In this document: one piece after another, positions 56,114 to 64,000 of the stretch
How the letters are laid out: each line of letters starts with the position of its first letter
Numbering within the stretch: position 1 is the stretch's first letter
DNA from: an uncultured delta proteobacterium
GTDB taxonomy: Bacteria; Myxococcota_A; Polyangia; Polyangiales; Polyangiaceae
Assembly: GCA_963716725.1 (NCBI GenBank)
Contig: CAVQUB010000011.1
Coordinates: 1-64,000, forward strand
DNA: 64,000 nucleotides
Direction: 5' to 3'
Notes under the pieces: generated by a model
What the model saw: the letters and a program-made list of their open reading frames with translations, nothing else
What the model was told of the DNA's origin: nothing
The model's database searches: none
Program-made: the position numbers and the translations under genes

Positions 56114-57286
56114 ATGGCAAAGCAGGGGCCGGAGCCGGGTCAGTCCCGGAAGCCACGCGCCGTCCCTGCTCTGTTGATCCGGGAGCACGAAGTAACGCTC
56201 CCCGAGGGCGAGACACTCATCGGTCGGGGGCCCGCGGCCAGGATCTCCATCCTCGGATCTCTGATCTCGCGGGAGCACGCGCGGCTGAGCTGTCGGGACG
56301 GTCGGGTGACCGTCGTGGACGCGGGCAGTCGGAATGGCGTCTTCGTGAATGGCACTCGGATCAACACCCAGGTGATGCTCGAAGACGGAGACACGCTGCT
56401 CGTCGGCACGACCCAGCTGACCTACTTCCTGGGGCCACCGGACGACGCACCTGGTCCCGATCGCTGCGTCTTCGACGAACAGGGAAACATGCTCCCAGAG
56501 GACGAGTTTGCCGACGAGACCCCCTCGCGCACGGAACTCCGCTTCGAGTCCGTCGACACCATCGAGTTTGATCGTGAGGAAGTGACCATCCAGGGCACGC
56601 AGCCTCCGAAGCCACGTCTGCCCTCGGCTCCCCACGCGCGGCTCGCGCTGGACACGGAGTCGCCGTCCACGCCCATGCTCATCGCTCGACCGGCCGCGCT
56701 CGAGAGCGGTGAGATGACCAGGTCCCTCACCATTGGGCGGATCAAGCCAGCGGTCTCGCGAGCGCGAAAGACCACCAGCGCGCCGCCACCACCCCTCGTG
56801 GGCCCCGCGGTGCGCCCATCGCCCCCGCCGGCGGCGATGCTCGAGTTGGGCTCGAGCCCCCGTGCGGCCCCGGGGCAAGAGCCGATGGAGGCGGCGCTGG
56901 AAATCATCGATCGGATGCTCGTGCGCGGCGACGCCGACGCCGCCTCGAGAGCGCTGGGCGGACACCTGACGCGGCGCCTCGACAGCGCGCGCGCCGGCGA
57001 GTCGATGCCGACGCCGCTGGTGGATAAGTCTGCGCTCCGCTGCGTGTCTCTGCTCGAGCTGACCGGCGATCCCTGCTGGTTCGACCTGCTGATCGAGCTG
57101 TACTTCACCGCTGCCGCGCCCATGCCGGCCGCGCTGCTCGAGCGCGTCGCACCCTTCGTTGGCGTCGTCCCCAGCTCGAGCCAGCAAGCCCTGAGCCAGT
57201 ACCAGAACTTGATCCGCGAGCGCTTGGGCGAGGTCGACGTCGAATCGCTGGAGGCCTGCGAGCGCATCTTGACGCTGGGTTCTTGA
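56114..57286 (+). CDS. FHA-domain protein
   Basis: IGR, SREHA, SRNG.FVNG, L..GD. Confidence 0.88.
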   Translation: MAKQGPEPGQSRKPRAVPALLIREHEVTLPEGETLIGRGPAARISILGSLISREHARLSCRDGRVTVVDAGSRNGVFVNGTRINTQVMLEDGDTLLVGTTQLTYFLGPPDDAPGPDRCVFDEQGNMLPEDEFADETPSRTELRFESVDTIEFDREEVTIQGTQPPKPRLPSAPHARLALDTESPSTPMLIARPAALESGEMTRSLTIGRIKPAVSRARKTTSAPPPPLVGPAVRPSPPPAAMLELGSSPRAAPGQEPMEAALEIIDRMLVRGDADAASRALGGHLTRRLDSARAGESMPTPLVDKSALRCVSLLELTGDPCWFDLLIELYFTAAAPMPAALLERVAPFVGVVPSSSQQALSQYQNLIRERLGEVDVESLEACERILTLGS

Positions 57287-57295
57287 GCTACGCGC

Positions 57296-58510
57296 TCAAC
57301 CCTCGGCCTTCACCACCAGGCCGTGCTGCTTGAGGATCCGCCGCGCGAGCGCCGACTTGTGAACCTCGTCCGGACCGTCGTAGATGCGCGCGGCCCGCTC
57401 GTGGACCCACCAGCTGGCGAGGGGCGTGTCGTCCGTCACGCCCAGTCCGCCGTGGACCTGAATGGACCGGTCGAGCACTCGCTGGAGCACGTTGGCGGCG
57501 AAGAACTTGATCGCGCTGATCTCGTTGCGTGCCTCGTATTGGCCTTGCTTGTCGATCTTCCACGCCGCGTGGTGGATCAAGAGCTTGGCCGCGTCGATGT
57601 CGGCACGGCTCTCGGCGATGAAGTCCTGGACCATCTGCCGGGTGCCGAGGGGCTTGCCCGGGGCGATCTCGCGCTTCACGGCGTACTGGCACATCATCTC
57701 GAAGGCTCGCTCGCAGATGCCCATCCAGCGCATGCAGTGATGGATGCGCCCCGGACCGAGTCGCTCTTGAGCGATCATGAAGCCGGCTCCTTCGTCCCCC
57801 AGCCGGTTGTCGACGGGGACGCGACAGCCGCGGTAGCGGATCTCGGAGTGGCTCGCCCAGCCCGAGCCCTGGTGGCCCATGATCGAGATCCGTCGCACCG
57901 GCTCGAAGCCAGGCGTGTCGGTGGGGACCAGGATCATGCTGGCGCGGGCGTAGGGCGGCGCGTCGGGATTGGTCACGGCCATCACCACGGCGAAGCTCGC
58001 GCCGTCGGCGGAGGTGGTGAACCACTTGTGGCCGTCGATGACGTATTGGTCGCCGTCTCGCACCGCTCGGGTCGAAAGCCAGGTCGGGTTCGACCCGGCT
58101 CTATCCGGCTCGGTCATGGAAAAGCAGCTGCGGATCGAGCCCTGGGCCAGCGGTACCAAGAAGCGCTGTTTCTGCTCGGCGCTGCCGAACAAATGCAGGA
58201 TCTCCATGTTGCCCGCGTCCGGGGCCTGGCAGTTCATCGCAAAGTGACCGAGCGGGCTCCGCCCAAGCACCTCGCTGACCAGGGCGTGCTCGCGAAACGA
58301 GAGGCCGAGCCCACCGAGGGCGACGGGGATCTGCGGGCCGAAGAGCTCGTCTCTTCGGGCCCGCTGCCGCAGCTGCTCGAGCTCGAGTTCGAGCTCGGAG
58401 AAGGGCCGACCTGCCGCCTTCGCCTCGAGCGGGAGCACCTCTCGCTCCACGAACTCGCGGTAGCGCCCCAAGAGCGCCTGCATTTCGGCCGACACCTCGA
58501 AGTCGAACAT
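57296..58510 (-). CDS. Acyl-CoA dehydrogenase (ACAD10/11, LvaC-like)
   Basis: NCQAPDAGNME, FSMTEP, AQERLGPGRIHHCMR, RIYDGPDEVH. Confidence 0.93.
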   Translation of the reverse strand: MFDFEVSAEMQALLGRYREFVEREVLPLEAKAAGRPFSELELELEQLRQRARRDELFGPQIPVALGGLGLSFREHALVSEVLGRSPLGHFAMNCQAPDAGNMEILHLFGSAEQKQRFLVPLAQGSIRSCFSMTEPDRAGSNPTWLSTRAVRDGDQYVIDGHKWFTTSADGASFAVVMAVTNPDAPPYARASMILVPTDTPGFEPVRRISIMGHQGSGWASHSEIRYRGCRVPVDNRLGDEGAGFMIAQERLGPGRIHHCMRWMGICERAFEMMCQYAVKREIAPGKPLGTRQMVQDFIAESRADIDAAKLLIHHAAWKIDKQGQYEARNEISAIKFFAANVLQRVLDRSIQVHGGLGVTDDTPLASWWVHERAARIYDGPDEVHKSALARRILKQHGLVVKAEG

Positions 58511-58531
58511 GCCTGCGGTCTGACCACCGAA

Positions 58532-59233
58532 TCAGCGCCGCGTCCAGTCAGTCGCCTCAGGCAGGTGGCTCAGCACGTTGAAGCGAGCCAAGCTGCGCTT
58601 GCCCGGCGAGTACACGATCTCGGTGACTGCCGCGTTGTTGAGCATGAAGCCCAGCTCGAGCGCGGTCTCGGGGGGCGCGGCGAGAACTTCGGCCGCGAGC
58701 GCGCCGATGGTGCCCGCCGAGCTCACCACCAAGACTCGCCGGCCGCGACTCTCGCTTTGGGTGATCGCCCCCAGGGCTCCAGCCACGCGCTGACGGAAAC
58801 TCTGCCAGCTGAGGTGAGCTTCACTGGTGTCCTCGCGCAGTATCCAGTCCCGCAGTGCCTCCCGGAGCAGGAGGTCCACCGCGCGGCCACGCCGTTGGTG
58901 ATCTGGACCCGCCAGATCGAGGCTGAGCGGAACCAAGTCCGGGCGAGCCTCGAGCAGGGAGCTCAGGCGCGACGTCAGCACCTCTTCGGCAGGGTATTCG
59001 TCCAGCTCTTCGAGCGTGCTCGGCGCTGGCCCGCCGAGGGCCTCCAATACCACTTCGGCGGTGTGAGCGTGACGCCGGCGCGGGCCCACCACCACTGCAT
59101 CGAAGCCTTCACCGCGAGCCGACCAGTAGCGCCCCAACTGCCGTGCCTGATCGATCCCGAGCGCGCTCAAGCGGTCATAGTTGTCGCTCAGAAAGGACGC
59201 CTGCGCATGCCGAACCAGCAGCAGCGTGCTCAT
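58532..59233 (-). CDS. Histidine phosphatase family protein
   Basis: LVRHAQASF..YDRLS..G..QA, FN..SHL. Confidence 0.88.
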   Translation of the reverse strand: MSTLLLVRHAQASFLSDNYDRLSALGIDQARQLGRYWSARGEGFDAVVVGPRRRHAHTAEVVLEALGGPAPSTLEELDEYPAEEVLTSRLSSLLEARPDLVPLSLDLAGPDHQRRGRAVDLLLREALRDWILREDTSEAHLSWQSFRQRVAGALGAITQSESRGRRVLVVSSAGTIGALAAEVLAAPPETALELGFMLNNAAVTEIVYSPGKRSLARFNVLSHLPEATDWTRR

Positions 59234-59239
59234 CGCTGG

Positions 59240-60031
59240 TCAGGAGTTTCCGGCGACGATGAGTTGGTACTCGTGGCTCGCGTCGCAGGGGCCGGACTTG
59301 TGGCGGACCTCGATCACGACGAAGCGCCCGTCATCACCGCCGTTGGCGATGGATCCCTCACCCCAGCTGACCTGGACCTGCTCAGCCGCTCCGGTACCGT
59401 TCTGGCTGGACTTGGTCGGGCTCGCGCACGAGGGCATCGCATCGGATCCCGTGTTCACGTACGCGTAGAGATCGTAGTCGGTGCCGGACGGCACGCTCAG
59501 CGAGGCCTTGGCCTTCAGCTTCGTGCCGAGCACGCTGTTGTCGTCTTCGGTCACGCGGATCTTGTAGAACTTGGTGCCGCTGGCTTTGTTCTGGGCGCTG
59601 CCCGAGCCGCTGTCGCCGCTCACCGTGCCGAGATCTGCGGGAGCACCGCAGCTGGTCGTCGCCGCGCACGAGGTGGAGCCCCCCGTGCCACCGCTGCTGG
59701 TGCCACCGCTGCTGGTGCCGCCGCTGCTGGTGCCGCCGCTGCTGCTGCCACCGCTGCTGGTGCCGCCGCTGCTGGTGCCGCCGCCGCTGGTGCCGCCGCT
59801 GCTGGTGCCGCCGCTGCTGGTGCCGCCGCTGCTGGTGCCGCCGCTGCTGCTGGTGCCGCCAGTGGGCCAACCCCCGCCGTCGCCACCCCCGCCGGCAAGG
59901 CCGCTGCCACCGTCGCCGCCCCCGCCCGCGAGGCCCGCCGCGCCGGCGAAGCCCTCGTCGCCGACCTCTTCTGCCGTCGCGCAGCCGAGCGCGAGGCAGG
60001 CGACGAACCACACGGCGTGACGCACAGGCAT
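59240..60031 (-). CDS. Lipoprotein with GGTSS repeat linker and PPC-like domain
   Basis: ALGC lipobox; 15-bp repeats at 59690-59860; TDYDLY. Confidence 0.75.
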   Translation of the reverse strand: MPVRHAVWFVACLALGCATAEEVGDEGFAGAAGLAGGGGDGGSGLAGGGGDGGGWPTGGTSSSGGTSSGGTSSGGTSSGGTSGGGTSSGGTSSGGSSSGGTSSGGTSSGGTSSGGTGGSTSCAATTSCGAPADLGTVSGDSGSGSAQNKASGTKFYKIRVTEDDNSVLGTKLKAKASLSVPSGTDYDLYAYVNTGSDAMPSCASPTKSSQNGTGAAEQVQVSWGEGSIANGGDDGRFVVIEVRHKSGPCDASHEYQLIVAGNS

Positions 60032-60070
60032 CGACCTCATCGTACGCGAGGCGCCGCCGCCGCGCTACGA

Positions 60071-60994
60071 CTATGGCTGTGAAGCTCGAGGACGGCTGTG
60101 AACCAACCGCGGAACGCCCTTCGCGCGAGCGACGCCGTGCACCGCCAGCAGCCGGTTGTCGCTTCGAGCACTGGCGCGCACCAGCGCTCGCCCGAGCTCG
60201 AGCGCGTCCGCTGGCGACGTGGACATCGCGTCGTCGATGACGCGCTTGCCCGCCTCCAAACACCCGAGGTCGGCGAGCGGGCAGCTCACCACCCAAACCG
60301 TCACGCGGAGCGCCGCAGCGCGCGCGTGCAGCATCGAGAGTTCGAGGCGGGCTCCGCCGGGCTGCATCAGGAGCGCACCCGGAGTTTCTGGGTGCAGGCT
60401 GCCAATCACCAGCGCCGGCTGCGGCGCACTCGACACCACGGCTGAGAGCACGGCATCCGTGGTCGGCGACAGCGAGTAGCCGGCGAAGCGCGTCGCGGCT
60501 GCCGCGGGGACCAACGCCACCCTCACCGGCCTCAGCCCGACTCGAGCGCGCTCCGGCCTTGGCGTTGCGGGCGCGCCGTCCACGTCGCCGACCTCGAGCA
60601 ACTCCGACAAGGCGTCGACACTGACTTCTTGTGCCAGCTCCTCGGCAACTGCCTTCCACGGCCTGGCGCCGGTCGCGGCTTCTTCTCCCAGCGCCGCGAA
60701 GCCGAGCTCGGAGTCGAATCCCCGACCTCGAGCGCCGAGCCGTCCGACGTCGTCCGCGAGGGCCGGCGAGAGCGGCGCCTTCAACGCACGCCGACCCAGG
60801 TCGCCGGAAACACCCCGAGACCCGACGCGCGCCAGATCGTCCCCGACATTGCTAGCGGCCTTCACTCCGGCGGCTTCAGCCGCCATGCCACGCGCGCCGA
60901 CCCGGGCGCAGTCGTCCGCGCCGTGTACCGCCGCGCCTCCCAGGGCTGCGAGCAACGCACCGACCACCCCGACCTTCTTGCCTGCGTCGCTCAC
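60071..60994 (-). CDS. Hypothetical protein
   Basis: Long ORF with N-terminal hydrophobic segment. Confidence 0.55.
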   Translation of the reverse strand: MSDAGKKVGVVGALLAALGGAAVHGADDCARVGARGMAAEAAGVKAASNVGDDLARVGSRGVSGDLGRRALKAPLSPALADDVGRLGARGRGFDSELGFAALGEEAATGARPWKAVAEELAQEVSVDALSELLEVGDVDGAPATPRPERARVGLRPVRVALVPAAAATRFAGYSLSPTTDAVLSAVVSSAPQPALVIGSLHPETPGALLMQPGGARLELSMLHARAAALRVTVWVVSCPLADLGCLEAGKRVIDDAMSTSPADALELGRALVRASARSDNRLLAVHGVARAKGVPRLVHSRPRASQP

Positions 60995-61062
60995 GTGCCC
61001 AGAGCGTCGTACGCATCTGCCGCCCGACGACTTCCCTCCTCGACCCGTGGTAGCCTTCAAGG

Positions 61063-62613
61063 GTGACGAAGCTCCGACTCGTGTCTCTAATCCGCGGGCT
61101 GGTTCTCACCATCGTCGCGCTCGGCTTGCTCTCCTGGGCTCCCATCGCAGCGGCCCTCACCTCTCCCATCAGCGGTGCGGTGGCCTACCCGACGACGGGG
61201 CCCAAGCTCTACCTGCCCTTTCCGGCGGGCACCAAGGTCAAGCTGCTCTCGGGCTACAGCCCCAGCGGCGGTTCGAGCCTGCACGCGGACACCAACGCAG
61301 CGGGCAAAGCCAACGACTACTACGCCCTCGACTTGGTGATCGAGGGTCAGCCCAACTTCGGCAAGGGCCTGCCGGTGGTCGCGCCCATCGGGGGCAAGGT
61401 CGTGAAGGCCGGCTGGGCCACCTCGGGTTGGGCCAACTACGGCCAACGGGTGATCCTCGAGCACGATCTCGGCGATGGACACAAGTACCACAGCCTCTAC
61501 GCACACCTAGACACGGTGACCGTGACCGAGGGCTCGACGGTCAACACTGGACAGAAGCTCGGGACCCTCGGCGGCTCGTGTCAGGGCGCGCTGTCGTGCG
61601 GATCGTTTTCGACCCCGCATCTGCACTGGACTTTGCATCGAAACAGCCTGGTCGGAGGCAGCGGCACCGGCGGCTCGTACGGCGGCAACGCCGTGGTTCC
61701 CGAGCCAATGGACGGTGCGGAAGACCTGAAGCAGGGCATGGTCATCACCAGCACGAACTCGGAGAACCCCGTGTGCGGCGACTCGGTGTGCAACGGCACC
61801 GAGACGCCGGCCACTTGCCCGGGCGATTGCAAGGTGTGCGAAGTCGTTCCGCCTCAAGGGCGCGTGGTCAGCGAGAGCGAATCGCTCTGCTTCAAGCAGG
61901 CGGGGTCCCCAACCTATTGGCACACCGCAGCCGCGGGGCACGATGGATCGCTTCAGTGGACCCTCGGCACGAACGATCCAAACCCCGACAACTTCGCGAC
62001 GTGGGATCTCGGCTTCGCCGAGGCCGGCGACTACAGCGTCGAGGTCTATACGGCCCAGAGCCACGCGCAGTCGAAGCAAGCCAAGTACACGGTGAAACAC
62101 GGCACGCAATCGAGCCCGAAGACCGTCGACCAATCGGCCAAAGACGGCTGGCAATCCCTCGGGACTTTCGCCTTCACCAAGGGCGCCGCGCAGTCCCTTC
62201 GACTCGACGACAACACCGGGGAGGCCGTGAGCCTGAAGCGCCAGCTGGTGTTCGACGCGATCCGACTGACCCGCATTTCGAGCAGCAGCGGCGGGAGCAG
62301 CAGCGGCGGGGCGGCCGGCACGGCGGGAGCGGCCGGCACGGCGGGAGCGGCCGGCACGGCGGGAACCCCCTCGGACGGAGGTTCGAGCGCCGGCGGAACC
62401 TCGGCCAGCGGTGGCGCAGGCGCCAGTGTGGGCGCCGGCGGATCGATGACCAGCGAGGACGAGGCGAGCGGCTGTCAGTGCCGCGCTGCAGGCGGGAACC
62501 GCAGCGCCGCCGGGGGCTTCGTGCTGCTCGGTCTCGCCCTCGCAGCCCGGGGTCGACGGAGGTTCAGCGCACGTCCCACACCGCGAGGGTGCAAGACAGA
62601 TCGCCGTTCTTGA
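61063..62613 (+). CDS. Secreted M23 peptidase with beta-sandwich domain and MYXO-CTERM-like tail
   Basis: Signal peptide; H...YYALD, YAHL, PHLH; GCQCRAAG plus TM helix plus RRR. Confidence 0.85.
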   Translation: MTKLRLVSLIRGLVLTIVALGLLSWAPIAAALTSPISGAVAYPTTGPKLYLPFPAGTKVKLLSGYSPSGGSSLHADTNAAGKANDYYALDLVIEGQPNFGKGLPVVAPIGGKVVKAGWATSGWANYGQRVILEHDLGDGHKYHSLYAHLDTVTVTEGSTVNTGQKLGTLGGSCQGALSCGSFSTPHLHWTLHRNSLVGGSGTGGSYGGNAVVPEPMDGAEDLKQGMVITSTNSENPVCGDSVCNGTETPATCPGDCKVCEVVPPQGRVVSESESLCFKQAGSPTYWHTAAAGHDGSLQWTLGTNDPNPDNFATWDLGFAEAGDYSVEVYTAQSHAQSKQAKYTVKHGTQSSPKTVDQSAKDGWQSLGTFAFTKGAAQSLRLDDNTGEAVSLKRQLVFDAIRLTRISSSSGGSSSGGAAGTAGAAGTAGAAGTAGTPSDGGSSAGGTSASGGAGASVGAGGSMTSEDEASGCQCRAAGGNRSAAGGFVLLGLALAARGRRRFSARPTPRGCKTDRRS

Positions 62614-63670
62614 GCCGGTGACGCTGGGCAAAGTTCGGCGGGCGGAAGGGAACGTCTGGCCCGAGCAGTATCGCGATTCGGTGTCCGGCTGAGACGCGAG
62701 CGAACATCGCTCCGATCTGTTCGTAGAGATCGCGGCCGCCCTCGAGGCGTTCGCCATAGGGCGGGTTGGTGATCAGCAAGCCGGGCGGAGTGGTGCCGGC
62801 GAACGCATCGAGCTCAGCGCGGTGAAATGAGGCACGCGCCCCGGCGCGTCCGGCGCTCTGCCGCGCAAGCTCCAAGGCGCGGGGGTCCCGGTCGTAGCCC
62901 GACACCGGTGGACCGTCCTGGTGCTGTCGGTCCCGAGCTCGTCCGCGCAGCACCGACAGGCGCTTCTCGAGGCTGGGCTCGAAGCTCGCCCAGCGCTCGA
63001 AGCCAAAGCGCTGGCGTGAGAGCCCCGGCGCGACGCGGCGGGCCCAAAGGTCGGCTTCGATGGGCAAGGTGCCGGAGCCGCACATCGGATCGGCGAGAGG
63101 GCTCTTGCGATCCCAACCCGACAAACGAAGCATGGCCGCGGCGAGCGTCTCTTTCAGCGGCGCCAGGGCGCCGGGCTCGCGATAGCCCCGCCGGTGCAGC
63201 GACTCGCCCGCCAGGTCGAGCGCGATCGTCACACGATCGCGGGCCAGCCGCACGAACACGCTCACGTCGGGATCATCACGATCGACGGAGGGGCGCGCCC
63301 CGGTGAGCGCGCGCAGTCGATCGACGATGGCGTCCTTGGTGCGCTGCGCGACGAACATCGTATTGTCGAGCCCCGGCGCGAATCCGACGGCGCTCACCGC
63401 CAAGGTCGTCTCCGGTGAGACGTGTTTCTCCCAGGCGATCTCCCGGGCCGCGTCGTAGAGATCGCGTTCGCCCTGGCAGGACGCATCCGCCAAAGGCAGC
63501 AGGACACGGACGGCTATCCGGCTCTCGAGACAGATCCGGTAGGCGTCCTCCCAGCGCCCCGACATCTCGGCGCCCCCTACCACCGCACGCCCGCGCCCGA
63601 TGCCGAGCTCCGCGAGCTCCTTGGCCAAGGCACCTTCCACGCCCATGGGTGCGGTGACGAAGAACTTCAT
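62564..63670 (-). CDS. rlmL: THUMP-domain 23S rRNA methyltransferase (RlmL-like)
   Basis: SLHRRGYR, APLKETLAA, DPMCGSGT, NPPYGER. Confidence 0.88.
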   Translation of the reverse strand: MKFFVTAPMGVEGALAKELAELGIGRGRAVVGGAEMSGRWEDAYRICLESRIAVRVLLPLADASCQGERDLYDAAREIAWEKHVSPETTLAVSAVGFAPGLDNTMFVAQRTKDAIVDRLRALTGARPSVDRDDPDVSVFVRLARDRVTIALDLAGESLHRRGYREPGALAPLKETLAAAMLRLSGWDRKSPLADPMCGSGTLPIEADLWARRVAPGLSRQRFGFERWASFEPSLEKRLSVLRGRARDRQHQDGPPVSGYDRDPRALELARQSAGRAGARASFHRAELDAFAGTTPPGLLITNPPYGERLEGGRDLYEQIGAMFARVSAGHRIAILLGPDVPFRPPNFAQRHRLKNGDLSCTLAVWDVR

Positions 63671-63716
63671 GGCGCTTTCATGACAATGAGCCGGGCCCTA
63701 GTTTACTCTGGCCAGC

Positions 63717-64000
63717 ATGCACGGCGCGTCACCACGAAGGGTCGCGCGGATCGCCGCCTGGGTCCTCGCGGCGACCCTGGCCCTGGTCCAGACGCTGTCC
63801 GAGAGCACGGCGCAGCCGCGGCTCGCCCCGAGCCCTGCCGCGCGCGCGTCCGCGTCCTTGGGGCGCTGCGGCGCGGACATGGCGGATGTGGGAGGACAGT
63901 TCTGCATCGATCGCTTCGAGTCTTCGCTCGTCGACAAGGCGAGCGGGCGGCAGCTGTCCCCTTACTATCACCCCAGGCCCGTCCTGGCATTGCGTGATCG
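63717..64000 (+). CDS. Exported protein, probable FGE-sulfatase/SUMF1-like domain, truncated by the window edge
   Basis: Signal/TM segment, then C.ADM..V..FCIDRFE. Confidence 0.6.
   Translation, partial: MHGASPRRVARIAAWVLAATLALVQTLSESTAQPRLAPSPAARASASLGRCGADMADVGGQFCIDRFESSLVDKASGRQLSPYYHPRPVLALRD

Overview
GC-rich window (roughly 70% by eye) that looks myxobacterial (Polyangiaceae-like), judged from a MYXO-CTERM-like tail, a TIGR04551-like barrel and Gly/Ser-linker lipoproteins. Layout: (1) 1-3255, a three-gene Mu/Tn7-like transposon (DUF6431-like Zn protein, DDE transposase, ExeA-type ATPase) inserted into a GH25 lysozyme gene. (2) 3961-9662, a decayed island at tRNA-Gly(GCC), bounded by a 32-bp att direct repeat. 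It carries tandem Cys-rich lipoproteins, an HNH-tip/DUF4265 remnant, an AbiE-like pair and a BREX PglY::integrase deletion fusion. (3) Core genes rel, hemW, trmFO-topA-dprA. (4) 21.2-26.2 kb, nested mobile elements: an ISAs1-like fragment, an HNH gene, and an IS4 element split by an intact IS3. (5) Mixed genes: a ligand-deficient ureohydrolase, a HARE-HTH/Mrr-like protein, a macrodomain, murB, alaS, a TraB-like barrel, a kinase, an OxyR-rubrerythrin-FeS-DUF3501 module, tandem DUF72, an lvaA/lvaC-like set, an M23 peptidase and rlmL. Several conserved genes carry indels that are probably sequencing or assembly errors. All family calls come from motif recognition, not database searches.
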